50,056 nt of DNA from a virus (Duplodnaviria; Caudoviricetes). Positions 15,628-24,182 of this stretch are shown one piece after another. The notes under the pieces were generated by a model. The model was not told the DNA's origin, ran no database searches, and saw only the letters and a program-made list of their open reading frames with translations. Numbering within the stretch: position 1 is the first letter of the stretch; every line of letters starts with the position of its first letter. Made by a program: the position numbers and the translations under genes. The stretch spans positions 1 to 50,056 of the IMG/VR virus record IMGVR_UViG_3300005526_000003, one strand, 5' to 3'.

Positions 15628-16950
15628 ATGCAGTTACACGTTATCCCCGCTGACGACATTGTAGTAAAAACCAACCGTCAGCGACGCGAACTCGACCAAT
15701 CTAAATTGCTGGAGCTAGCAGGCTCCATCGCCCAGAATGGGCTGATACACCCTCTCGTAGTCCGGCTGGCGGACGACGAATACACCCTAGTCGCCGGTGA
15801 GCGCCGGCTCAAAGCTCTCGAACACTTGTGGTTCTTGGGCCAGGAGGTCACCTGCGGTGAACGAATTATTCCTGAAGGACACGCTCCGTGTCTCTTCCTC
15901 GGGGACATTGACCCTGTGGACGCGGAAGAAATTGAACTTGAAGAAAATATACGTCGCGAGGATCTCAGCTGGAAAGAACGGGCGGACGCTGTTTCGCGAC
16001 TTGCAGATCTACGAACCCGCCAGGCTGCCGCCAATGGCAAATCCGCGCCCTCGGCGGAAGCCATCGCGGAAGAGGTCGCCGGCGACGGTAAAGGCCAGAC
16101 CATCACTAACATCCGCCAGGATATCATCCTCGGGCGCGCCCTCTCCAACCCCAAAACAGCAGAGGTGATAAAGAATGCAACCTCCCGCCAAGAAGCCTTC
16201 AAGCTCCTCAAGCGACATGAAGAATCAGAGCGACACGCCGCCCTCGGCGCTGCCCTCGGCCCGACATTCTCCTCATCTCTGCACGTTCTGCAGAGAGAGG
16301 ACTGCTTGCGTGCTATGCCTGAGCTGCCAGCGGCGTCTTTCGACGTTATTCTCACTGACCCGCCATACGGGATCGGTGCGGACGACTTCAAGGATTCGGG
16401 CGGGAAAGCTTCAGGTGGTCATTTCTACGACGATTCCTACGAGTCTTGGGCTAAACTCATACCACCTTTCGCAAGCCATTCATTCCGCCTTGCGAAAAGC
16501 GAGGCGCACCTCTACGCCTTCTGTGATGTTGAGAGGTTTGCGGAACTCAAGCAGCACCTTGCTGCGGCTGGGTGGAAAGTATTTAGAACTCCCCTCATTT
16601 GGTATAACCCAGGAGCTGTTCGAGCGCCCTGGCCCGAGCACGGACCGCAGCGGAAATGGCAAATGATCCTCTACGCGATGAAGGGAAGCAGGAATGTTAC
16701 TCGGCTTTACGGAGACGTCCTCACTTATCCCTCAGACCCTAACCTTGGCCACCCCGCCCAGAAGCCTGTTGACCTGTACTGCGATCTTCTGCGACGCTCT
16801 ATCCGACCAGGAGATGCAGTACTTGATCCTTTTGCTGGAAGTGGAACTATCTTCCCGGCAGCGCATGCGCTCAAGTGCCGGGCGACAGGGATTGAGGCAG
16901 ACGAAGCGGCGTACGGGGTCGCGGCGAAACGGCTCAAGGAGCTAGTATGA
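15628..16950 (+). CDS. ParB-N domain fused to N6A/N4C DNA methyltransferase (beta class)
   Basis: SIAQNGLIHP…VAGERRLKA; TDPPY, HPAQKP, VLDPFAGSGT. Confidence 0.9.
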   Translation: MQLHVIPADDIVVKTNRQRRELDQSKLLELAGSIAQNGLIHPLVVRLADDEYTLVAGERRLKALEHLWFLGQEVTCGERIIPEGHAPCLFLGDIDPVDAEEIELEENIRREDLSWKERADAVSRLADLRTRQAAANGKSAPSAEAIAEEVAGDGKGQTITNIRQDIILGRALSNPKTAEVIKNATSRQEAFKLLKRHEESERHAALGAALGPTFSSSLHVLQREDCLRAMPELPAASFDVILTDPPYGIGADDFKDSGGKASGGHFYDDSYESWAKLIPPFASHSFRLAKSEAHLYAFCDVERFAELKQHLAAAGWKVFRTPLIWYNPGAVRAPWPEHGPQRKWQMILYAMKGSRNVTRLYGDVLTYPSDPNLGHPAQKPVDLYCDLLRRSIRPGDAVLDPFAGSGTIFPAAHALKCRATGIEADEAAYGVAAKRLKELV

Positions 16951-17150
16951 TTATGCAGTACGAGCGACTAAAGCTATTGGAGCAAGATGGACTACTCACT
17001 AAGATTCAGTTGGAGGCAATAGCAGCAATGTTGGACGCCTTCCAAGAACAGATGGAATTAAGGGCGTGCCATGAAAGCATAAAAAACCATGCGCTTACGC
17101 TGAGTTCAGCTGTAAAAGAGTTTCTAAAATTGGAGCCACCTACGCTATGA
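16947..17150 (+). CDS. Hypothetical protein
   Basis: ATGA overlaps; AAGGAG RBS. Confidence 0.55.
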   Translation: MIMQYERLKLLEQDGLLTKIQLEAIAAMLDAFQEQMELRACHESIKNHALTLSSAVKEFLKLEPPTL

Positions 17151-17299
17151 GCGATCCTCGTCTCTTCAACTTCATAATCATGACCCTCTACTCCGGCACA
17201 GCCATCTGGTGGGCCTGGCATCGCCGGTGGGCGGATGTTTGCTATTGGCTCAGCGCCCTCGCCATCACCGCCACTGTAACCTTTGGATATAAACACTAA
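17147..17299 (+). CDS. 50-aa membrane protein
   Basis: MSDPRLFNFIIMTLYSGTAIWWAW…FGYKH*; coupled on both sides. Confidence 0.55.
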   Translation: MSDPRLFNFIIMTLYSGTAIWWAWHRRWADVCYWLSALAITATVTFGYKH

Positions 17300-17469
17300 T
17301 GGCTACCATGAATGAAATCTATAAGTTCTGGAAGGAAAACGGAGCGTGGGTGCGGCTGAAGGACGGCAGGGAGATGCCTATGAAAGACTTCTGGGAGGAG
17401 GTCTTCAACGCGCACCCAGAATGGTTGCGTGAGTTTGAAGCTGCTTACAATGAGACTGAGAAGAAATGA
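17299..17469 (+). CDS. 56-aa hypothetical protein
   Basis: TAATG start; stop overlaps the polymerase ATG. Confidence 0.55.
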   Translation: MATMNEIYKFWKENGAWVRLKDGREMPMKDFWEEVFNAHPEWLREFEAAYNETEKK

Positions 17470-19997
17470 CCGTCCTCGGTAGCGGCCCCATCCCCGCCAG
17501 GGTGATGATCGTCGGCGAGGCCCCTGGCGTGGAGGAGGAGCGCCATCACCTCCCCTTCGTCGGGCCCTCGGGAGCTGAACTGAATAGGATGCTCGGAGAG
17601 GCCGGCATCACCCGCGCCGAGTGTTACGTCACCAACCTCTCCAAGGAGCGCCCCCCTCGAAACGACATATCCCTCTGGATGCGGAAGTCCCTCAAATTCA
17701 CCTCCAAGCCTACGAAGGAGGATGAGAAGAAACGGGCGGCTGGCGTGGAGCCTCGGAACTTCGTCCGATTCAGAAACCAGCTCGTCCACCCCTTCATCGA
17801 GGATGGCTTCGCCCTGCTGAAGAAGGAGATCGATCTTGTTAGACCTCAGATCATTATTACAGTGGGCAATTCGTCAATGTGGGCGCTCACCGGCAAGTGG
17901 GGAATCACCAAGTGGCGAGGCTCAATGCTTTACGCCGACCTCGCTGGCGCGCCGAAGCTCATTCCTACCTACCACCCCGCCGCGATTCTCCGACAATGGG
18001 ATTGGCGTGCTATTGGAGTTAACGACCTTCGACGGGCCGCTAGGTTTCGAGATGGTACTCCATTTCCAGCTAAAGACTACCGCTTCGTCCTCCGACCTAG
18101 TTACGATCAGGCTAAAGGTGTATTACTTACTCTACTCTATCGCCTGGACAACTGGCCCGAGCCCCTTAGACTATCATTCGATATCGAAACTCGCGCAGGA
18201 CATATTGCATGCGCAGGAATCAGCTGGAGCTATCTGGATGCAATCTGCCTCCCTTTCATGTGTGTCGAACGGGGGGAAGGCTATTGGAGCCTGGCAGAAG
18301 AATCTCACCTCGTATCCCTCCTATGCCGAATCCTCACCCACCCCAATGTTCAAGTTGTAGGGCAGAACATCATCTACGACTCCCAGTACACTTGGAAGTG
18401 GTGGCACTTCGTCCCGCGGGTCGCCCAGGACACTATGATTAGCCAGCACTCCATCTTCTCCGACATGCCCAAGTCCCTCGCCTTCCAGGCCAGTATGTAC
18501 GCGGACCACTACGTGTTCTGGAAGGACGAGGGGAAGGATTGGGAGAAGAATATGAGGGAGGAGGAACTCTGGCATTATAATTGCCTGGATTGCGTGTACA
18601 CAGACGAGGTGGGCCAGGTAGAGCTGGAGACGGTTAAGAAGCTCAGCCTCCAGCCGGTCCATGATTTCCAGCAGGCGATGTTCTGGCCAGTCCTCCAGGC
18701 GATGCAGCGGGGGGTGAGGATAGATACTCGCCGGCGAGATGAGTTGATCCTTGAGGTCCAGGGAGAGATCGCCCGCCGGGAGACTTTCATCCAATTCCTG
18801 CTAGGCCATCCGCTAAATCCTGATTCGCCCAAGCAGATGCACTCGGTCTTCTACACCGATTTCTCCCTCCCCAAGCAGCTCAAGCGAGGTAAGCCCGGTG
18901 AGCCATCCCGCCCGACTCTTGATGACGATGCTCTTAACAAGCTCGCTCGTCTTGAGCCTCTTATCCGTCCTCTTGTTAACGCCATCCTTGATATCCGAAC
19001 TCTTCGAAAGTTTCTTTCTAATTTCCTGTGCCGTCCTCTTGACAGTGACGGTCGCATGCGTTGTTCTTTCAATATAGGAGGATCCGCCAGTGGTAAATCC
19101 GCACCCCGCACCTACCGCCTCTCCTCGTCCGAGAGTGCCTTTGGCTCTGGCACCAACCTCCAAACTATCCCCTCGGAGAAATCGAAAAGTATTAATAAAG
19201 CTGCGGCGCGAGGGCCAATTGACGGAATCGGAGATCCTTACGCTTTCCCGAATATTAGGGAGATCTTCATTCCTGACCCAGGCTACACCTGGTTCGACCT
19301 TGACCTCGAAAGGGCTGACCTTTTCGTCGTATGCTGGGAAGCCGAGGACGATCTCCTTAAGACTGCGATGCGGATGGGGGTGGATATTCACCTTCTCAAT
19401 GCCTTTGTTCTGGCCGGCAAAGAGCCGCCCCCGCTTGAGGAACTAGTAAAAGGACACCCCCGGTATGAAGATTACCTTGGACCCCGTAAGAGTGCCAGAG
19501 AGTTCGCCAAAACCTTCTGCCACGGAACCAACTACGGCGGTAAGCCCCCCACAATGGCAGCAAACACTGGACGAACTATACGAGAGACTGAAAGAGCTCA
19601 GCGAATCTGGTTTGGGGCGCACCCTGGGATACTCAAGTGGCACGAAAGGGTCAAGGATCACGTTGTTAGACGTAGGTTTGTCGAGAATAGATTCGGAAAC
19701 AGGTGGTACATTTTCGATAGAATTGATGGTGTCATACCGGAAGCCCTAGCTTGGATACCGCAATCCACGGTCTCCATCGTTATCAATAGGATCTGGGAGC
19801 GCATCTACCGGGAGGTTCCCGAGGTGCAGGTTCTTCTCCAGGTTCATGACTCCCTCCCTGGACAGTTCCCTACGAGTCGCCGCGATGCTTGCTTGACTCG
19901 CATCCAAGAATGTGCTAAGATTGTGGTTCCCTACCCGGACCCGTTGGTCATACCGGCGGCCATCAAAACCTCCGAACTTAGCTGGGGGCACTGCTAA
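17466..19997 (+). CDS. polA: Family A DNA polymerase with N-terminal uracil-DNA glycosylase (family 4-like) and 3'-5' exonuclease domains
   Basis: GEAPG…PFVGPSG…YHPA (UDG); FDIET (exonuclease); TYRLSS, DLERAD, REFAKTFCHGTNYG, VHDS (polymerase). Confidence 0.92.
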   Translation: MTVLGSGPIPARVMIVGEAPGVEEERHHLPFVGPSGAELNRMLGEAGITRAECYVTNLSKERPPRNDISLWMRKSLKFTSKPTKEDEKKRAAGVEPRNFVRFRNQLVHPFIEDGFALLKKEIDLVRPQIIITVGNSSMWALTGKWGITKWRGSMLYADLAGAPKLIPTYHPAAILRQWDWRAIGVNDLRRAARFRDGTPFPAKDYRFVLRPSYDQAKGVLLTLLYRLDNWPEPLRLSFDIETRAGHIACAGISWSYLDAICLPFMCVERGEGYWSLAEESHLVSLLCRILTHPNVQVVGQNIIYDSQYTWKWWHFVPRVAQDTMISQHSIFSDMPKSLAFQASMYADHYVFWKDEGKDWEKNMREEELWHYNCLDCVYTDEVGQVELETVKKLSLQPVHDFQQAMFWPVLQAMQRGVRIDTRRRDELILEVQGEIARRETFIQFLLGHPLNPDSPKQMHSVFYTDFSLPKQLKRGKPGEPSRPTLDDDALNKLARLEPLIRPLVNAILDIRTLRKFLSNFLCRPLDSDGRMRCSFNIGGSASGKSAPRTYRLSSSESAFGSGTNLQTIPSEKSKSINKAAARGPIDGIGDPYAFPNIREIFIPDPGYTWFDLDLERADLFVVCWEAEDDLLKTAMRMGVDIHLLNAFVLAGKEPPPLEELVKGHPRYEDYLGPRKSAREFAKTFCHGTNYGGKPPTMAANTGRTIRETERAQRIWFGAHPGILKWHERVKDHVVRRRFVENRFGNRWYIFDRIDGVIPEALAWIPQSTVSIVINRIWERIYREVPEVQVLLQVHDSLPGQFPTSRRDACLTRIQECAKIVVPYPDPLVIPAAIKTSELSWGHC

Positions 19998-21227
19998 GTG
20001 ACAATCAATGGCAAACAACCCTCTCGAAACTTCCCAGATTGGCTCGCCGCTTACACTCAGTATGCAGGATTTTCTGAAGCTCCACGCCGAATGCATTACT
20101 GGTCTGGCATCGCGGCTGTGGCAGGTGCCCTGCGACGGCACGTCTGGATTGACATGGGATACTTCCGCTGGTTTCCCAATTTTTACATTATTCTGGTCGC
20201 ACCCCCCGGGGTTGTCTCCAAGTCGACCACAGCTAACATTGCTATGCAACTACTGCGCCGAGTACCTGGAATTAACTTCGGACCGGAAGCAGTAACCTGG
20301 CAGGCCCTAGTCGACTCCTTCGAGAACAGCACCGAGTCCTTCCAGATCGATACCACGCATTACATCCAATCTGCGATGACGATAGAGTCGGCGGAGTTCG
20401 GGAATCTAATAGATCCCTCTAACCGAGAGCAGATCGACTTCCTCGTCAGCTTGTGGGACTCGAAGATCGGCTCCTTCCAGAAAGTCACGAAAGGCTCGGG
20501 TACTAACAATGTCGAGAATCCTTTCATCAATCTTATCGCTTGTACTACTCCAGCTTGGATTGCTGGCAACTTTCCTGAATATGTTATCGGAGGTGGTTTT
20601 ACTTCCCGCTGTCTATTTGTTTACGCTGAGGAGAAGGAAAAGTACATTGCGTATCCAGCTCGACATATGCCTGCGGAGATGGCAGAAGTCCAACGCGCTC
20701 TTGTGGAGGATCTGGAGCGAATATCAACACAGATTATGGGACCCTACGGGATCGATAGGTCGGCGATAGAATGGGGGGAGGAGTGGTATGCGACGCATTG
20801 GCAGAACAAGCCAGACGAACTCGACGACGACCGCTTTTCAGGGTATCTCGCTCGAAAGCAGACCCATATTCACAAGACCGCCATGTGTGTGGCTGCTTCT
20901 CACGCCGACGAATTATTTATCACCAGGGCAGATCTTGAAACTGCTAACCAGGCAGTGTCCGACCTCGAGCGAGATATGGTGAAGGTGTTCGCCCGGATTG
21001 GACGGACGCAGACTTCCGTCCAAGCCGAGCGATTTATTAGATTTGTGCAGAAGAGGGGGCGGGTCTCATACGCCTCCGCCTACCAGTTCATCCATACCGC
21101 CTTCCCCTCAGCGAAGAACTTCGAGGATATAGTCGCCGGCGCCTGCAAGGCGGGGTACATACAGATTCAGGCGGCTAATGGGGGCGGGTATGAGCTGGTG
21201 ACGGTTACGCGCCCGAATAACACATGA
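19998..21227 (+). CDS. DUF3987/YfjI-like ATPase, putative replicative helicase
   Basis: APPGVVSKST P-loop variant, AEFG, LWD, GGGFTSRCLFVY; directly follows polA. Confidence 0.7.
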   Translation: MTINGKQPSRNFPDWLAAYTQYAGFSEAPRRMHYWSGIAAVAGALRRHVWIDMGYFRWFPNFYIILVAPPGVVSKSTTANIAMQLLRRVPGINFGPEAVTWQALVDSFENSTESFQIDTTHYIQSAMTIESAEFGNLIDPSNREQIDFLVSLWDSKIGSFQKVTKGSGTNNVENPFINLIACTTPAWIAGNFPEYVIGGGFTSRCLFVYAEEKEKYIAYPARHMPAEMAEVQRALVEDLERISTQIMGPYGIDRSAIEWGEEWYATHWQNKPDELDDDRFSGYLARKQTHIHKTAMCVAASHADELFITRADLETANQAVSDLERDMVKVFARIGRTQTSVQAERFIRFVQKRGRVSYASAYQFIHTAFPSAKNFEDIVAGACKAGYIQIQAANGGGYELVTVTRPNNT

Positions 21228-21239
21228 TGTTATCCGGGT
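21211..21239. promoter_or_regulatory. Palindrome copy 3 (21217-21233) in an extended hairpin where the two arms converge
   Basis: gcccga-ATAACA-CATGA-TGTTAT-ccgggt; contains the TGA of the last + gene. Confidence 0.7.
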
Positions 21240-21242
21240 GTA

Positions 21243-21425
21243 TTATCTCAGCCCCGGCCCCGCCAGCGGATGCCCTAGCACCCAGTTGAGAATCCAGAGC
21301 AGGATAACAATGCTCACCACTACGTAAATCACTGTCTTAACGATAGGTGAGATGCCAGGAATCTGCCCCACCACCCACAGTAGCAGCCCAACGATCGCCA
21401 GCACTATCACAAATACAATCAGCAT
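21243..21425 (-). CDS. Small two-TM membrane protein (Thivi_2564-like)
   Basis: IVLAIVGLLLWVV..IP…IVILLWIL. Confidence 0.7.
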   Translation of the reverse strand: MLIVFVIVLAIVGLLLWVVGQIPGISPIVKTVIYVVVSIVILLWILNWVLGHPLAGPGLR

Positions 21426-21437
21426 CGTAATCCTACA

Positions 21438-21887
21438 TCACCTCACACTGCATTGAGCTAGAAGAGATCGACAGGTAGCAAAGGCTCCCTCATATTTAAG
21501 CTCGAAGGCGGAGACGGCGGGGCGAAGATTTTCTCCAGATCCCGCGTCAGGTCGCCCGCCGCCGGTAGGACTACCTGGGGAGGAGGTGGGAGCGCCGGGC
21601 AGGGCGCCGGCACCACTCGAGTTGCACAGCCGAATAGGCTGCTGGTGCTGGCGAACAACGCCCATGATAGCAATCGAATCCGCTTCCCGCTGTGCGTCTG
21701 CATTTTTCCTCGCCTCCTCCCGCCTCGCCTCGATGGCCGCGTTGGCGGCCAGCTGCTTATTAACCGCCACCAAATCCTGGCTGGTGATGCGATCCTCCCC
21801 CTCTCTGTAGATGTGGAAGATCAGCCACCCCACACCGACCACGATCAGCGCCCGGTAGACCAGCTCAACTATTTGGCTTGGTGTCAC
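21438..21887 (-). CDS. Rz-like inner-membrane spanin
   Basis: N-terminal TM plus coiled coil; embedded lipoprotein ORF. Confidence 0.75.
   Translation of the reverse strand: MTPSQIVELVYRALIVVGVGWLIFHIYREGEDRITSQDLVAVNKQLAANAAIEARREEARKNADAQREADSIAIMGVVRQHQQPIRLCNSSGAGALPGAPTSSPGSPTGGGRPDAGSGENLRPAVSAFELKYEGAFATCRSLLAQCSVR
21458..21703 (-). CDS. Rz1-like outer-membrane lipoprotein spanin, embedded in Rz
   Basis: Lipobox SLFG-C, Pro-rich mature part, alternate frame inside Rz. Confidence 0.75.
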   Translation of the reverse strand: MQTHSGKRIRLLSWALFASTSSLFGCATRVVPAPCPALPPPPQVVLPAAGDLTRDLEKIFAPPSPPSSLNMREPLLPVDLF

Positions 21888-22128
21888 TCTTCGTCTCCGC
21901 GATAACCTTCGCCGCCTGGCTGTGCCGCATGTGCGAAGCGACGAAGAGGAAGAAGAGCATCAGCCCCGAGGCTATTTTCGCTCCCGTTATATTCACCACG
22001 TGTGGGAGCCAGACGTTGGCGCTATCCGGCAACGCTGCAATCCCGGTGCCGAGCGCGGTCAGAATGGCTCCCAACGTCGTCACGAATCGGCCCCAGCGAT
22101 TTCTAAACCACTCTTTAATCTTTTCCAC
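21865..22128 (-). CDS. Putative holin (two TM)
   Basis: AAGGA RBS and GTG 22128; lies between endolysin and spanins. Confidence 0.6.
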   Translation of the reverse strand: MEKIKEWFRNRWGRFVTTLGAILTALGTGIAALPDSANVWLPHVVNITGAKIASGLMLFFLFVASHMRHSQAAKVIAETKSDTKPNS

Positions 22129-22130
22129 AA

Positions 22131-22538
22131 TTAAGTCCTTATGAGTGTAACAACCTGTTTCCAATGCGGCAGTTCGAAGTGGGGGTACTCCATAAACCCG
22201 GAGGTCGGGTTGCCGAGCCAGGTGAGCCCCGCCTGCTCTCCCATATCCCCTATCGTTATCCAGACCGGATCGAGCGTACTCCACTCCGGCTTCCCATTCA
22301 CGATCGGTACTACGTCGATCGCCATTCCATAGTTGTGGGCCGATTGCCCCGGCATGGCTCGGGTGACGATCTTCCCCGGCACACTCCGCCCCTGCGCATA
22401 AAGGGCCGCCTGGTCATCCAGCGACCGATACGTGCAGGTCACCAGCAGATCGATCCCTGCTGCCGCTACGGCATCCAGAAACTTATCCACCAGCGGCCTC
22501 ACCTCCGGTCTCAAATCATTCAGCGACCTACTCATCAA
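22131..22538 (-). CDS. Endolysin, M15 family (L-Ala-D-Glu peptidase-like)
   Basis: YRS..DQAALYAQGR, SAHNYGMAID, EYPHFE. Confidence 0.9.
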   Translation of the reverse strand: MMSRSLNDLRPEVRPLVDKFLDAVAAAGIDLLVTCTYRSLDDQAALYAQGRSVPGKIVTRAMPGQSAHNYGMAIDVVPIVNGKPEWSTLDPVWITIGDMGEQAGLTWLGNPTSGFMEYPHFELPHWKQVVTLIRT

Positions 22539-22762
22539 ATCCTCCCCGTCTTATGCGCGGACCTCAGCCCTACCCCGAACCAGTACCTCGCCTCTTCGAG
22601 TCTCGTCGAAGCCACCGCCAAAGCCCGCCGCGCTTCAACTCCATCGATACCTCTCGCTGTCTCAACCGCTCTCTGCGCTTCGTCCATGACCAGGGAGAAT
22701 TTCCTAAGTTCCTCCACCACTCTCTCAAACTGTTTACCAGGCTGGTGGTCATCTGGATTCAC
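22535..22762 (-). CDS. Acb2/Tad1-like small helical protein
   Basis: RALAVASTRLEEARYW resembles the R-x-L-x-x-A-x-T-x-L-E-E-A-x-x-W signature. Confidence 0.5.
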   Translation of the reverse strand: MNPDDHQPGKQFERVVEELRKFSLVMDEAQRAVETARGIDGVEARRALAVASTRLEEARYWFGVGLRSAHKTGRI

Positions 22763-23082
22763 CTTGTCCTCCTAGGCGCGCTGTCAGATTCGCGCTTAGC
22801 GTTGTCCCAGTTAGCCTCAAGACGTATCATCCTCGTCTCGAGGTCCGTGATTCGAATCTGATTCGCTGTTTCTTCCTTCCTTGCTTCCAGGACCGGCACA
22901 ACTCTGGTCTCCAATACTACCACCCTCGTTCCCAGATGGATAATATAACCACCACCTACAGCGAGTATGCCCCCTATCGTTCCAAGGGATAATACAGAGA
23001 ACTGTCTTGCTATCCATCGCCACCATCTCCAATATGGCCCGAACTCCTTCTTAAAGACCCCCGATGCAGTCGGATCAGTCAC
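22759..23082 (-). CDS. Single-TM plus coiled-coil protein (lysis-associated?)
   Basis: GTG overlaps upstream TAG; TM segment followed by heptads. Confidence 0.55.
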   Translation of the reverse strand: MTDPTASGVFKKEFGPYWRWWRWIARQFSVLSLGTIGGILAVGGGYIIHLGTRVVVLETRVVPVLEARKEETANQIRITDLETRMIRLEANWDNAKRESDSAPRRTR

Positions 23083-23762
23083 TAGGCGATCCGCGTTACC
23101 AGCAGGGCGCTGGCGCTCCCCACTGTAGTACCGTTGGCGGAGGAGGTATTCTGCGCCCACGCGAAGCCAAGGGTTCCGCTGGTCGTACAGATGACATAGC
23201 CATTTGCAGTAAGAACGGAGGTGAATCCGTTTGGTAGTACAGTAAGGGAGAACTGTACTGCACTCTGACTCGTCCCCAGCGAGGAGACAAATGCATTGTA
23301 TGCAGTTGGCGGACCACCTGTATTCGACTGGCCCGCCATAGTGTACACAGGAGTGGAGGTGTCAATCGTACCACTGAAATTCACATTCGCGTTTATTCCG
23401 ATGTTGCCGGTAGTCGCTTGCAACACGTCACATATCAGCGAGAATGTATAGGTCCCTGCGCCGGAGATGGCGAAGACCAGATCAGGATCGTTCGCCGGTG
23501 TGACGGTGGAAGTTCGGACAGTGGTCGTCGGCTTCTTCACCAGCGTTGGGATATAGAGGCCGAGTTGTGCGGCGGTTATCGCCGTCCTCTGTCCCGTCCC
23601 TCCATTCGCCACCTCCAGCGGCGCATCCGTGAAGAGTGCTGTCCTCGCCGACGCTCCATTATTGGCGTTCTGGAAGACCGTAGTGGCGAGGATATCCACC
23701 ATATTCAGCCAGGCCGCGCTCACCACCGGCCCCACTTTATCGACGAAATTCTGAAGTGCCAT
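23082..23762 (-). CDS. Short tail fibre/spike-like protein
   Basis: VVSAAWLNMVD N-terminus, LEVANGGTG fibre motif, beta-rich C-terminus. Confidence 0.65.
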   Translation of the reverse strand: MALQNFVDKVGPVVSAAWLNMVDILATTVFQNANNGASARTALFTDAPLEVANGGTGQRTAITAAQLGLYIPTLVKKPTTTVRTSTVTPANDPDLVFAISGAGTYTFSLICDVLQATTGNIGINANVNFSGTIDTSTPVYTMAGQSNTGGPPTAYNAFVSSLGTSQSAVQFSLTVLPNGFTSVLTANGYVICTTSGTLGFAWAQNTSSANGTTVGSASALLVTRIA

Positions 23763-23783
23763 TTATCATACTCCGCTTCTGAG

Positions 23784-24182
23784 TTAAGGAGGTGGACCGC
23801 CAGGGAGAAAGCAACCCCCGACGGAGTCGCCGGGGAGGCCATCCATGCTGAGGGTGGTGCAGGGGAATCCTGTGCTCACCCCCGGCAGCATGCACCCTCC
23901 CACCGCCACGCCGGGGAGGGAGCCACTCGTCTCGAGGGTGCAAATCTGAATATCTACCTCCCCCATCGTCTGTGGATAAGGGATCGCCATCTCCTGGCTG
24001 TTGATTGCGTGGACGAAATCTTGCGCCGGGCGAGGCTCGTTGCAGCGAACGTGCCTCCACATCCCCTGCCAGTTCCGCACCGCATCCCCGAACTTGAGCT
24101 TCGTCCCACATATGCTGCAGATTATGTTCCAATCCCCAGGCTTCCAGTAATCCTCTGGCCCGGGTGCGGGAGGGCTACCCAT
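23784..24182 (-). CDS. Conserved Cys-containing virion-module protein
   Basis: GDWNIICSICG…WQG…EPRPAQDFV. Confidence 0.65.
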   Translation of the reverse strand: MGSPPAPGPEDYWKPGDWNIICSICGTKLKFGDAVRNWQGMWRHVRCNEPRPAQDFVHAINSQEMAIPYPQTMGEVDIQICTLETSGSLPGVAVGGCMLPGVSTGFPCTTLSMDGLPGDSVGGCFLPGGPPP

